From positions 25,444-89,443 of the forward strand of contig DF237331.1 in assembly GCA_000708835.1 (NCBI GenBank): 64,000 nucleotides of DNA. The letters run 5' to 3'. The translations under genes were made by a program, and so were the position numbers. The stretch's first letter is position 1; each line of letters opens with the position of its first letter. Under the pieces are notes generated by a model that saw nothing but the letters and a program-made list of their open reading frames with translations, searched no databases and was not told the DNA's origin. Below are positions 10,765 through 24,289 of the stretch, one piece after another. The stretch comes from Klebsormidium nitens (Eukaryota; Plantae; Klebsormidiophyceae).

Positions 10765-11020
10765 TGTTAGAATTGGGTTAGCAATTCTGGTCAATCGAAT
10801 AACCAAGTGGTTGAGGAATCAACGGTCAAAGATACGAGTGATGAACGGCTGAGATTTAGGCGGGAAACGTTGTTAACGTTGATCAGGAAAGCTGAACGGT
10901 CCAGATTGAGTATGCAGATAGAGTGTAAGACTCTATAAAGACAGAGCAGATCGAACATGATTGTAATCAACATAACAGAGAAGCATGATAGAGAAGAGAA
11001 GGCGCCTGTGAAAGGCGCTC
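10765..11020 (+). repeat. 3' LTR of outer element, truncated (lacks the last 71 bp of the 5' LTR)
   Basis: Matches 3586-3835, then diverges after AAAGGCGCTC; no terminal CCAACA. Confidence 0.9.
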
Positions 11021-14000
11021 AGTCTGCTTTTATGGGCACCTCACAACGAATTGAAAGTTGAGCAGGTGCCGCATGGGGAACGGGCAACGTCTAAGGAAAC
11101 TCTGTTCAGTTGAGCATCCGCGTTCGAATTCCCCCGAAAGGCTCTGAAGGCGCCACTTTCAAGTGTGAAAGACGTTATTGAAGAGCGACTTCAAAACAAT
11201 CCAATAGAAGAGCTTCAGTAGCTAGCCTCAATTTCTAGATCGACATATTCTACATGATAGACCTTGCAGACAGGAAAGGCCGATCAGACGAGGACAGTCC
11301 GTAACGACCAGTGCTGGCTCAGGCGTCTCTATGACAACAAGTTTGGCAGCCCATGGCACCACGAGGATCGCGTCCTCTTCGCACACTGCGGAGATTTTTA
11401 TAATAAGAGACAGAAACGATCTTATAAGGCCTCCGTCTAGATTGTCGGTTACGAGTTATTGCTTTCCACACCGTTTCACTACGGCTACGAGTGCGCCTCG
11501 ACTTTGCGTTACGGCTGCGGAAGTCGACAGGACGCAGCTAGCTAGAGGCTGGCGAAATCGAGCGTATCATTGTGCAAATTTCAAATTGTGACACAAACAG
11601 ATACGAGCAGTTTCAAGCCAAGTAATTTTCTGGTTGAATGGATCTAGAATTTCATGTAGAGTGAGCTTCAAGTGGTCTGTGTGAATCAACCCGATGCGAC
11701 ATACAAAGCCCACACAGACGAGGTGACAGCTTTGAATCGTTTCAAGAGGTTGCAATACAGAACCCTCTTGTAGTGCTGTTGTGCTTGTAGCGTAGCAGTC
11801 GTAAAAGTAAACCTTCCAGTCCTGGCCTTGCGCGGACTGCTGAAAGAAGAACAAAAGTAACGAAAGGAAACAACTTGGTTCCTCCAGAAAAGTACAAGTC
11901 TCTATTGACCTTCTGCGATCTTGCCTAGTAGCTCGATGAGGCAAGAGGTTTCTCCACTCGGCAAACTACGCTCCCGAAGAAGTGGGCAAGTGCTGCTTGT
12001 CTTTGCAGAGACTTACTCAGTAAAAGACTTCGTAGCCGGGCAATCGTCTGACCGTCTGCAACCAGTATCAAGAGTCCAATTGCAAGAGTACCATCAAAAA
12101 GGTGAAAAAGAACCGTATGCGGGGCTTCAGTACAGCAGCCCAGACATTTACGGAAACCTGTGGCGCCGAGTCAAGGAACACAAGCGCCAACTTCTCGACC
12201 AGCCCTTCATTGCCACTTGCCACGCTAGCACGACGCTCGGTACTGTTCTATTAGAGATCGTTGTCACAATGCGAGTGCAGCAATAAGCGCGGCGAGAAAC
12301 AAATCTTGGTTCACACCATCAGCTTTCATTGTCATAATTAGTGACCGCACACGAGAAGCGTTGCTAGATGCGGCGGCTTGGATACTTGACGAGCTGGACG
12401 AAGACCTCTGCCGAAGGTTTCCTTCGGCATGGAGTTCCGCCTTGCCACACGGCTTTCAACCCGCTTGAGCAAGAAATCATCTACAGCTTGAGAAGCCCCA
12501 GAAACGAATTGACGTGTTAAAACCTTATCTCTAAAGGTACCAAATCTATCAAGCTAGACTCGGTGCAGAGTGGAAAGTGAATTAGACCGGACAGACCAGA
12601 AATCAAACTCAAACCGCCCCAAATATCCAGAATGCTACTGCAAAGGATGATCAACGAAAGCTTGCATGTTAGGACCAAAAAAGCGAACGGACAGAATAAT
12701 GGCGAAAGCACTCAGAACACGGATAGCCGCAAGACGGACTCAACGACGGCCAAGGAAGTCGACGAATTTACTAACGCATCTGAGCAAGTGGGAGCTAGAG
12801 CTCGCGCGCTTCCTTGACACTGGATGCATAATCACGAAGAACAATTGGGCAGAAACAAATTCTCGAGGCCCAACGGGCCATGGCAAACTGGACATTTGGA
12901 ACAAAAAATCTAGCAAAGATATCAGTTTTAGTCACTGGACTAACCTATGCGCAATAGCTTTCGCCGTTAGTGGCTTAGCAAAGGGAAACTTAGAATCTCA
13001 TGATGGCCTATCGAAGCCGCGTCGTTCCCTTAAAGAAGAATTCTAAAGGAAAACCCACACAGTCAAAAAGGTGGACAAGGGGCATGTCCAACGTTGACGC
13101 TCGAGGCATGTTTGCCCTTGCGGTGTGAAACGGCAAAGGGACACCAGACACTTCAAAAGCTCGTGGGCTCCTTGAAAAAGTACTTGATGCACCTTTAGAT
13201 GATTAAAACGTTCAACTGCTGTATAACGTTCGGCCCTCTGTCACCACTGGCACTTTTCACAGACCAAAAATAACGTCGCATTTCATTGATCAGCCGCACC
13301 ACTCAGAGTCGGAGGTGTGGCTAACAAAAGGGCGGCACATTATTTGGTAAATTTGGCACAATGTTCTCGTGCTTTCTGATCAGAGGGTCGAAATGTCTGG
13401 TGGATTGTTCCCCACCAAAATTCAAAAGTTATAAGATTGTTGGACCCTCGAAGTGGCTCGAATGAGTTCTTGAGAAACGCATGGCGCTTCTATGTACCTG
13501 AAGCGTGGCGCCATCTGGATGTCATCCTTGTCAATCGTCGGATGGTTTACAAACCCGGGTCTCGACCCTTTTGTATGAAGCTTGGTCGGGCTGCTGCTTG
13601 GAAGGTATTGGTGCCGTGGGCAGGAACCCTTTCATACGTCGAAGCAGCGTACGTGATGTGAATTCGAGCTTTTTTAATCGGTTGAAAGGCATAAACGTCG
13701 ACGGATGTGGAGACACCGGGAAACTATTTCGAAAATGACTGAGAGGAAAGATTGGAAAGCGAAGCGCACGTAAAACACTTACCGTGGCTCAGATACAACG
13801 TAACTGAAGACTGGTGATGCGGGCCATGGCACCAGATTACATCATCCTGGCCTCGAACTTCAAATGGTTTCGTAGAGTCCTTTCTTCGAACGAAGCCGGC
13901 CCCTTGGCCCCATATATAGGTATAAAGTTTTTAACCAATCCGTTGCAAGTCAACATGACAGCAAGGGCCATAGTAAGCTCTTGCCCAAAAAAGGTCCGCA

Positions 14001-15000
14001 AATATCGTGTGATATCGAGCTTGCTTTAATCAGGGCTTTCTTTGCCCGGGGACCCACTCGAAGATCTCTTTGACAACCAGGCAGGAAAGTGGGCGGACTC
14101 CCAAGATTGATACAAGCGATGCGGGAGACACTAACAAGTCTGTACTTGGACCTGTCAGACTGGGCCCTGAAACGAGCTGTCAGCCCAAATTCAAAGCATT
14201 GGAGATCTAAAGCGTTTCCGAGCTTGTTTGACGCGCCTTGATGAGGCGATATTGAGTACTGCTACGGAGAACGAGAGGCAAGCCGTAACGTCACGCCCAA
14301 GGCAGAGTTTGACCAAGCAAGCCATATTGAAGGAAGATAGAGTACAGGCATAGGCAGTAGTCAAAAGCGCCCACATCAAGACAGAAGAACACGAAGCCGT
14401 GTAGGCGCCGCCCAGCACAAGTTGCTGAAGTTGCTGAACGCTTCTGATAGTGGTAGCTGTAGTATCCTGAATCAGCGATTCTGTTCTGAAGCAGAAAGTG
14501 CAGGACCGGTGCAGTCTTTCTGAGCAAGTGAGTCCGCGTCAAAGTAGCTACAGTGCATGCATACGTAAGAACAAACCCGTGAATGATCACGATTACAAAT
14601 TTTATGTTACATGTGAGGCGTCAGACACCCGAGCAATTAGCAGTGGCCTTTGGGGCCAGCGCCCTCGAATTGAGCAGCCTTCCTTGCCGCCTCTCTATAA
14701 GGAGATCCAAATTGGAGCTTATGGTAACCTGAAGGGCCGGGCGAATCCACACCAAGAAGGCGCCGGCCGAAAGCGGCGAGACCGAAATTCCCTCAAAGGC
14801 GTCCACCCGCAATCGAGTGGCCGTTCTCAAAGCAACTTCTCTAAAGTTCACCCTCAGTGCCGTGCCGTGTATGATGAAAGAACAACCTGAGATACTCTTT
14901 AACTTCGTAAGACGCGCTTGGTATATGCCGCTTATCGGTCGAGGTCCAAAGACAAGGTAGATTGGCGGTTTCGAATCCAACCAGGGCTCATACGATCTTT
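11021..15000. repeat. Diverged direct segmental duplication, copy 1 (copy 2 about 19004-22560)
   Basis: Collinear matches: 11110/19090, 11460/19447, 12000/20020, 12350/20370, 13070/21080, 13480/21495, 13810/21825, 14650/22265, 14850/22460. Confidence 0.85.
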
Positions 15001-17456
15001 GCCGTTGCGTTTTCAAACGCATGGAACGCATGGCGATTTTACCGTAGAAAGGGAATCATAACAAACATATGCTGCTTGTTTTATGGATTCTATTCTTATG
15101 AGCCGATCAGCGGCTTCGTGTAGCTTCCCAGGCACAAGCTCTGGTATGACCTCCTAACCATATGTGTACCCGTAAACGCGGCTCAATACAGATCGGGCGA
15201 TGATTATATGGTTCGTTCCAGCCCGAGCTAAACAAGTCGACGACTCAATATCAACTTCGAAATGATGCAACGAAGAACACGGCTCGAGACGAGCATCCCA
15301 ACACCCGGTGCTCGAGTCTTAAAACGCCCTCTCAAAGTCAAGCAAGTGTTGTCGGAACTTGGCAGAGAAATTCAATTGGAGAGGAGACAATCCGACTTGA
15401 CTGGCTTAGGGGGTCTGTTGATCTCTCCCAGGCTCTGACGCGTCTACCTACAGCGGCGCCATCCGACTGTCATCTTTGCCAGTCCACTAGACGTTCAAAC
15501 CTCAGGATATCATTCAAAAAAGTTGACGCTTATCCTGGATGCTGGTTGGAGGCTTGTCCTCTGAAACAAGCACAAAACACCAGCGCTTGCTTGTCTAGTT
15601 TACGAAGCGACTTGAGATGGGGTTGACGATAATCGTGTGTCGCAATCTCCTTATCAGGTTCAAAAGCAGGCGCGTTTTTCTGCCCTTCAACTTAAGTGAT
15701 CTTGTCCTTTGGTCAGGCAGACCTCACCTGAATCCCGCCTAATGGATGGAGACGAGCCAAGTATTACAACAGATACCCCACGCACGGGCCGCCACCCCGG
15801 TCTGGTTGATGTGAAGACAAAACACCCTAACGAAGCCTTACACTTTAAGACGCTGCTTCGCAGGAAAGTGTCACTAGTACGCTTGTTTCCATGTCAAACG
15901 CGGAAGCTTTTACTTGGAATCGTTTCGAATATGCGAGAGCGACCAATTTAAGCAGGCCGGGGGCCGAACGGAGCGCTTCAAACGCAACAATGATGCGTTG
16001 CGTCGAGTCAAGAGCGACCGCGACAAGAAAGTGGATGGGAAAGGGCCCGGGCCATCTGCAAAACATCGAACGTCCCCACATGACAGTCGACCAGTCATGG
16101 CTCAGCTCACCAAAGGAAAATGGGGGACAAGCCGCCACTTCCGCGTCCCTCTTAGCCAAAAGTCCTCGAAAAGCGCCTCCTCATCATCTGCTTTCAAGAT
16201 CGTGCACAAAACAAGACGATCGAAGCGCACTGACTTGGAGGGCCGAGGGCTCGCGGACCTTACAGCAAGCCGCACACACGTGACTCTAGGCTGGAGACGA
16301 AGTGAAGGGTTGCTGTTTCCGGCCACCTTCTAGTAGTCTTAAGATGCTCAATTGACTGGATGGACTATAAATGCATTCGGATATTTGATATGCACCTCCC
16401 AAAAGCTTGGAAACGGGCAGGCAGGGTAGTTGCTCAGGAAAGTTTGCTAAATCAAAATCGGGTCAGCTTCAAAACTGGGACTGGAGCACTTCTTAAGCGG
16501 TGATTTATTGGTCAAATTGCTGCACCTGAAAGAACCTCACCGAACGGACCCGGTCTCAGTCAGATGGAGATTCACATGTGGGGCAAGCAGTGGGCGGTCG
16601 AAGTATTTTTACGGTTCCACGCGAGTGAGGCTCATTCGCGTCACTCAGCCGCAAGGGTTGCACCAGGCCCGGAGGAATGACGTGGAGCAAAGAAGACAGA
16701 AGCCACTTGCTAAACGTTCAGATTCCAATCAAAGAGCGGACCTGGCGGATCCAGCACCAAGAGGGAAAGGGTATGAAGGATACGGAGGCGACAGCTGGCT
16801 GAAATACTAAAGAGCGATCTAATCCCTTCTGACGCGTACTTAGCTACACAATAACTTGCGCCAGTCCTGGATGCTATCTTTGCCAATCTCCGTGAAGAAA
16901 CAACTTAGAAACCCGAAATCCGACCAGCGCCACGGGGTGCTCAGCTGAATTCTGCTTTGGAGGTCTTCGTGTCAAGCATTACACGTTTAATGGCCGGTTG
17001 AGATTGAAGTGGCTCGAGTATCCTCCATCAAGTGCGGGGCCCGAAGAACAGACTAGATCTTAGTATAAGAAGGAAAATATTTTGGAAACACCCGGAAGGA
17101 TGAGATAGTTCAGTCCTAAGCGAAGCCTGCACCGCAGATTGTGGCTCAGACAGACCAAGCTCTGCACAACTTACGAGTCTGATGCGGCCCAATATGGCAC
17201 CAGACTTGTAAGCTTCCTCCTAGCCAGCCTCCGAGTGTCACGAAAATTTTGATGAGTCACCTCTCAGACCTTCCAAAAAGCCTCACATTGAGTTCTTTCC
17301 AATGGAGCTGCAATCTTCAAAAATCGCGAGGCAGATTTTGCGGCTGATTCAAATCTGAGGGCGGAATTCGAGCCGGCTTTTGCGGCCTACTTCGGCCTAG
17401 ATGCATTCGAGACCCATCTGAGATCACAAACATACAGTTGGGCGGACTCCGTAAGT

Positions 17457-17524
17457 TGGAGCAAGTACTGGAGACCCGTTCTGGTATTATCTGGAGCAAG
17501 TACTGGAGACCCGTTCTGGTATTA
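17457..17524. repeat. Perfect 2x tandem duplication, period 35 bp
   Basis: TGGAGCAAGTACTGGAGACCCGTTCTGGTATTA occurs twice. Confidence 0.95.
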
Positions 17525-19003
17525 GGCCCTCAGATTGGATGAGCCGTCAGCCAGAAAGCACCGGTGCTTTCGGTCGTACAACGCGAGCTCCGTGGGTCAT
17601 CTTAAGACCCACAACGATACGTGGCTCAGACGTCGATGTCAGAAGTACGGTGCGGCCGGTGGCCCCAGATAGAGCCATTCTGGCCTCAGAAATACAGTCA
17701 GACCGGTTCAAACCGAATTGCTTTTTCAAAGTTTCGAAAGAGCTTCAGATGATCTGTTTTGCCAATGGAGCAACAAGACTTAGTCGCAAACCCGGGGCTC
17801 ACGTTGTTGCTGGAAAAGACTTGAGCGTGTGAAAATATGCGAGCCTGCTTTCGGCTTTCTTTATCTGGAATCCATTGTCGCAGGTACCTGCGCTGACTTT
17901 GTAAGTCAACAGATTGACGTTGATTGGACCCCTGACCGGACTGGGTGAGTTTGACGAGTTGTCGGTTGAAAAGCAGTACCGGTACTCTTCAGCGCTTCTT
18001 CGCGAGCTTGTTTGACGGCGAGTAACGGTGACCATTGAGCACAGCTGAAAAAAATAACAACAAGGGCTATAGATTATATTCTGGACGGGGAAAGTCTGAA
18101 ATTCAACAGATTTTGAAGGACGAGGGGCTTTTTTTGGGCCCAATCCCAGGGACAAGAGAGTACGACGAGCGGGCGCCGCCCGCCCCTGCAGTAGCTGAAG
18201 TTTCTGGAACCTTGCTGATTATTTTAAAGCGGGTTCGTTTTGCATGAATCACCTCATCGGGAGCCGTGCAATCCAACTGAGCGGGCGGCTCGTCAAAGTG
18301 GCCGCACTCCGGTGAAGAAAAATCGGTCAAAACATTAGGAACTTCATGTTTCTGCGGTATGTATTACAATTGAGGCATCAGATATCGAGCACTTCGGCTT
18401 GCGTTGGCCTTCCGGGCCAGCATCGTCGATTCAAGCAGCCCTCCTTGCCATTTCAGCTGAGATGTTTTACGAGATGATTCTGCTGTATCATGAATCCGGA
18501 AGGGCACCTTCAATCCGTAAAGGCAGGGACTGGCGATTACCAAGTCCACAGTCTTCACTCGCACAATCGAGAGACCCGTTCGATTCAGATTGAGCAGCAC
18601 CTTCAATATGTGCCACTTTTATGGGGGGGAATTGTGGAGGTTTACAACTGCAGTACGGATGAGCCCGTAAGCTTACATCAATGGAGGTAGATGTTCTCTA
18701 GTGGGATTGAGCATCAATGAGAGAAGAGGCGAGGGATCTCGTGCGAGACATACGAGCATCTTTATATGCAGCCCACACGCCTGAGTACAAAAGCACGTGA
18801 GGGGTTCTGCCCCCACTGCTTTTTATGCTTGTTGCCGCCGGCCGGGTTGAACGTAAGCAGTAATAAACACGATGAAGCGCGTTGCTTCTTCGACCAGAAG
18901 AAGGGAAGACCTGTGCCACTGCCCGGTCTTTGCTGCGCTGCATCGTCTAGCTTGAGGCACAAGTGCTGGCAGACTACGTTGCACATGTCCAAATGACCTC
19001 CAG

Positions 19004-22000
19004 AGTCTTTTTACCTTTTTGGGCACCTCAGTACACATGTGATTACAAGTAGGTGAAGAAGAACAATTAAGACATCCATCTTAACACGAGCATCCGCGTT
19101 CGACCCATAGACCTTGAAGACGCACCCTCAAATCGGACAGGCGTTGCCAAAGAGCGTTTTTAGAGAAACATCCAACAAAGGAGCTTCAGGAGCAGCACAT
19201 TCTAAGTCGACTTCTTCTAAGTTGACAGTCGACTGTGTTGGAGATAAGTTGAAGTACTTATCTCCAACACAGACGAGGACAATACGGAACAAGCAGTGCT
19301 GCTCAGGCGTCTCGGCGACAAACTTCAACAAATGATGCAGCCCATGGCACCAGTATTGCGTCCTCTTTGCCACACTGAGGAAAATTGCATAACAGAAACG
19401 GTCTCATGGCCGTCATGAGGCCCAGAACGCAGTTACGAGCGTGAATGCTTTCCATACCGTTTCACTACAGCTGCGAGTGCGCCTCGACTTTGCATTACGG
19501 CTGCGGAAGTTGACAGGACGCAGCCAGCTAGAGGTTGGAAAAGCGGAGCGTATCATTTGTGCAAAGTCTAGATGTGACACACACAAAATCAAGCGAACTG
19601 AACAGCTAACTGATAGCAGGTTCCAGGTTGTGATCATCATGATGATGCCGAGGGAGTACCCAAACGATCGAGTGGGCTCTGTGGATAAAACCGATCCGAC
19701 AGACGTCCTAACCAACACCGACAAGGTGACAGCTTGAAAGCTGCTCAATAAGTCGCAGTTTGGATCTGTCTTGCTAAAATACGTTGTGCAGCTGATGGCG
19801 TAGCTATCGAAGAAAGTAAGGTGTTCCGTCCTCGCCTCACGCGGAATGCGAGAGAAACAATTTTAGAAGGTAATAATCGGGTTCCACCATGTACGTTCAA
19901 GCCCCTAGGTGGGCTTCTGACCTCTTGCCCATTGACTCGATGAGGCAGCAGATTCTCCATGCGCTGGGCAAAGCCCGCTACCAGATTAAGTCGCTTATGT
20001 GGGCGGGTGCTGCTTGCCTTGGCAGAGACATACTCAGTATGAGACTTCGTAGCTGGCAATTTTCTGATCGGCTGCAACCAGTATCAACAGCTCCAATTGC
20101 AAGAGACCATGTAAAAATCTGAAATAGAACCGTATGCGTGGCTTCAGTACAGGAGCCGAGATGTTTACGGAAACGTGTGGCGCTGAGCCAAGAGTACAAG
20201 CGCCAACTTCTCGACCAGCCTTTCCTTGCCACTCACCACAGGTTAGCGCGACGCGCCGTACCTTTCTATCACCGATCGTATGGAATAAGAGTGCTGCAAT
20301 AAGAGCTGTGACAAACGAATCTACTTCGATTTGATCACATCATCAACTTTCCAGTCATCTTTAGTAAGTGCATACGGGAAGCGTTGCTAGATGCGGCTTG
20401 GATAGTTGACGAGGAAGGTCATCGCCGAAGGTTCCTTCAGCATTAAAATCCGCCTTGCCACACCGCTTTCAATATACCTACCTCAGCAAGCCGTTCCCTG
20501 ACGTCTGAAAAGCCAGAAACTTACCAACATGGTGAACCCTTGATTATCTTGGAAGAACTTCGATTTCTACCAGAGTGCGTATTATAAGGTGCCTCACACC
20601 GGACAGATCCGACATCAAACCGGTGCCAATGTTTTGAAGGCTATTGCGGAAGCTTATCGACGGGGACTTGCATGTTTTGTCTAAAACCTTTTAGCGGTCA
20701 AGCAAACGGATAGATCAATAATGAAAGTAATCGAAACTCGATTAGGAGCTCAAGACTGACTCAAGGATGGCCAATGAACTCAACGAACTGCTACCTCATC
20801 TGAGCAAGTGGAAGCTAGAGTTCGCGTGCTTCCTTTACATCGAATGCAAACTCACCAAGGAGACTTGACAGAAAAATTCCTTGAGGCGTGACGGGTCATG
20901 GCCAATGTGGAATCTGAACCACAATCTTTTGCAGAGAAGTTTAATTCTAGCCACCAAGACAGTGCTGCTGCCGTGTGGAGCCGCAATTAGCAAGCAAAGG
21001 CGCAGAAATCATATGTGCTCTTAAGCCGCTTCGTATCGCTTTAGAAGACCTCTAAAGAAACCAAAATGGACAAATTTTAGGTGGACAAGGGGTATCTCCA
21101 ACTTTGACCGCGAGGCATGTGTTCCCGTGTGAAAAGCTAGAGAGACACCAGACCTTTGAAACGCTTGTGGGCTCCATGAAAAAGTTTGGAAAGCTCTTTA
21201 AGAGTACCACCTGACAACGGACACTGTCAAATTGAACCACTGTATAACTTCGTCCTTCCATCACCACTCAACGCAAACAGAAATATATATTGCGCTTCTT
21301 CAGCCGCGCCACTTGTATCAGACCAGAGGTATTCTCTGACACGCACTTTACTCGATTGATTCAATAATTATGCTTTCCGAGCAGAAGGTGGTAATGTCCA
21401 GTGGATCATTCTCCACCAATCTCATTCGTTATAAAAACAGGAAAAATGATGGACATAACAGCTGGCTCGAGGATCAACGCGCCGGTGCTTGTTCATGGCG
21501 CTTCTATGTACTTGAGCGTGGCGCCATCTGGATGTCATCCTGGCCAGTCGACGAACGTTTACAAGTTCCGGTTCTGACAAACAATTTCATACTGAGCTTA
21601 GGCTTTCGGCTGCTGGAAAGGTAGTCGTGCCAAGCATGCATGACACCTTACGTACACGAAGTGCAAAGCGATCCGAGCGTTCCCAGTCGATTGCAAGTGC
21701 CCAAACGAAGGACTACAAGACACCGGCCAGAAAACCATCTCGGAGACGAAAGGGTGGAAAGATCCGTCCACTTGAAAGCAAAGCCCACTTACACCGCTTA
21801 TCGTATAAACTCAGATCACAAGCTAAAGACTGGTGATGCGGGCCATGGCACCAGATTAGCGTCCTCCTGGCTTCAATCTTCAAACGTTTGTGTACAGTCC
21901 TCTCTTCTTCGTACGAAGCCTGCCACATATTCAGGTATGATTCCACCAAGCACTTGCAAAGTTCAGAAGATGGGCTAAATCGAGCTTGCAACAGACAAAG

Positions 22001-22560
22001 AAGCGCGCGTATGATGAGATCCAGAGCCTGCTTTAGGATTTAAATTGCCCGAGAATCACTCAAAATCTTTACGACAACACAACCAGGCGGGAGCTCAATT
22101 GAAACCTTGATGACAACACATTCAGGCAAATGGGCGGACTCCGTAGACCCGGAGCAAGATATATCGGAGATTCACTAGCAGAATCGAACTTGGATTGTCA
22201 AACTCGGCTCTGGAGTCGCCGGGATTTCAATCCGAAACTAAAGCGTTGATACTAGCGGTGGCCTATGGGGCCAGCGCCCTTGAGTCGAGCAGCCTTCCTT
22301 GCCGCCTCCGTAGGAAACTCAACGTTACGCTCATGGTTTACGGAAGGGTGAATTCTCATCTAGAAGGCCGGGAGTGGCGAGATCGAAGTCCCTCAACTAA
22401 AGCCGCAACCAAGTGGCCGTTCTATAAGCAACTTATTAATTGGACGTGTGTGATGAATTTCACCCTCAGCACCGTGCAAGGTATGATGAACGAACAGAGG
22501 GAATTACTTTTGTAGCCTCTTAAGACGCGCATATGGCTCACGGATCGAGGAGGGCGAGCG
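19004..22560. repeat. Diverged direct segmental duplication, copy 2 (copy 1 about 11021-15000)
   Basis: Offset about 7980-8040 bp, falling to about 7615 after 14100, which implies an indel of about 400 bp. Confidence 0.85.
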
Positions 22561-24243
22561 CCTTGTCTAGCCTTTCCATGCCCCATTATGCGCCTAGCAG
22601 AACTTACCACGGATTAATGGGTACTGGAGAGCAACTTCTGAAGACATAATAGTGGAAAAAGTCAGGCAGGTTTAGGAGCCTCCTCCAGAAGCACTGTGTT
22701 TGGGAGGCGCAGCTTAGATCAATTGAAGATGGTATGGAGCTTTCTGCCGGAGGCTTTTCTTGGCAGCACTCCAAGCTAAGATCAGCATTGCCACGCCTTT
22801 AGCCTAGTCTATAGCGACCCCAATCTTGAAAGCACCATGTCGACGTGGTAAAATAAAACCTACCCTCCGAGTTCCTACCAGATTAACAGAGCGAATTTGA
22901 GATGCATGAGATCAATCTTACCCAACGTACACATAACCTACGCAGTGAACTTATACACGTTTGCGGAAGCGGGCGACAAACCACCGAGCTGAGCCCGGCA
23001 GGGCCACGCCAAGAGACAAGAAGACTTTGTAACCTCTCAAATCGTAGAAACGAATGAAACTACACCGGAACGCATGCCGTGCAGCGCATTTCGAGCATGC
23101 GAGACACTCTCAGCGGCTCGAAGCCTCGTTTGATGACGGCCCAACAACTTCACTAAACCAGCTTTCATTTTCAGCCCCGCTTTCAGACAGTTCCAAGAGC
23201 TTGCGTGGTTGGTGCAAAAACATGACGGATCCACGGAGCCAATAGTGATAAAGGCGATACATAAGCCGCGGACAAGCTGTGAAAATTTCGAAACATAGAA
23301 CGCAACCTGTACTGAAGTACTTACTTGTCTGCGCGACGTCAAATCCAATCACGCCGAATTGAGACGTACATGCGAGTGAGACCTGGAGGTGTTGTAAGGG
23401 ACGACGACGAGCGTAATCTTGATTGGTCGATAAACCAACTTTTCGTTAGACGCCACTGTGTCCGGTGGATCATCCACCCAAAAGTTCTTTTGTGCTGAAT
23501 GGCACGAAGAGGACGGAAGTCTGTCGGGGCAGCATCTGGCTCGGGGAATCATCCTGAATGTGACGTGATCAAGAACACCAGCGCCACAGTGATGTCATCC
23601 TTGCCATTCGATTGGATATGACGTAACCCAAAAGTCACGACAAAGTCATCGCAGGATCGCCAGGAAGGAGAAGCCGACAAACAGGAAAAGCACAAACAAA
23701 AAAGCCGCGTGGCTCAGACGAACACTGAACGGTAACGTCTGCCGCCCATGGCACCTCGTTAGCGTCCTCTCGGCCGCAAAGTAGAGCCCAAAACTTGTCG
23801 GAACCTTCTTCCAGGGGTTCTAGTACGAGCCCCAAATCGTATCGGGAACGTTGTTGAGGCTGCAAATTGTTCGTAATTCGGCAGAGCATTTCTTTTCGAG
23901 GAAAAGCCGTCGAGCGAGTTATACGAGCTGGGTTCTTAATTCTGTTGTGCACCCTAAGGGCGCTGTCATCTATGCTGCAACGCCAACATCCTGAGCAAGA
24001 TATGGAATTTTACACGCTTGGGAAGAGAAGCTGGGACCGAGCCAGAGAGACCCCACCTGAATGACAGACAGGTGAGATGAGAAACAAGATTCCCTTGTCT
24101 TATTTATCCTCGCAATCAAGGCGGCCCCCGTGATAACCAGGACGATGAGGGGTACAGAACAAAAGCTGGGCTTCGTCAAACTGGTATTGCTTCATGCAAA
24201 TGCTGCGTCGCAGGAAGATGTCAACTCGACAGGCTTCCTCGAG

Positions 24244-24289
24244 AACCGTTTCATATCTGCCTCCGACAACCGTTTCATATCTGCCTCCG
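24244..24289. repeat. 2x tandem duplication, period 24 bp
   Basis: AACCGTTTCATATCTGCCTCCG occurs twice. Confidence 0.9.

Larger units (their letters stand above)
3586..11020 (+). mobile_element. Outer Ty1/copia LTR retrotransposon, non-autonomous (gag + protease only), interrupted by the inner element
   Basis: LTRs 3586-3906 and 10765-11020, PBS GGTTATGGGCCCAC, PPT GAGAGGAGG (10756-10764). Removing 4274-9251 rejoins gag (AWEKL|QQNFERISNTRVIQLRKKL). Two CCHC knuckles and protease WIVDSGSTQH are present; no integrase, RT or RNase H motifs. Confidence 0.92.

Noticed and set aside
14960-14990. TTCGAATCC resembling a tRNA T-loop
   Set aside because: No cloverleaf stems or A-box around it.
11300-22560. 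Plus-strand reading of the decayed family (WLR...PWHQ..VLLA) with a conserved TGA suggesting readthrough or selenocysteine
   Set aside because: The TGA is TCA (Ser) in the in-register minus frame, which also shows the synonymous substitution bias; no recoding is needed.
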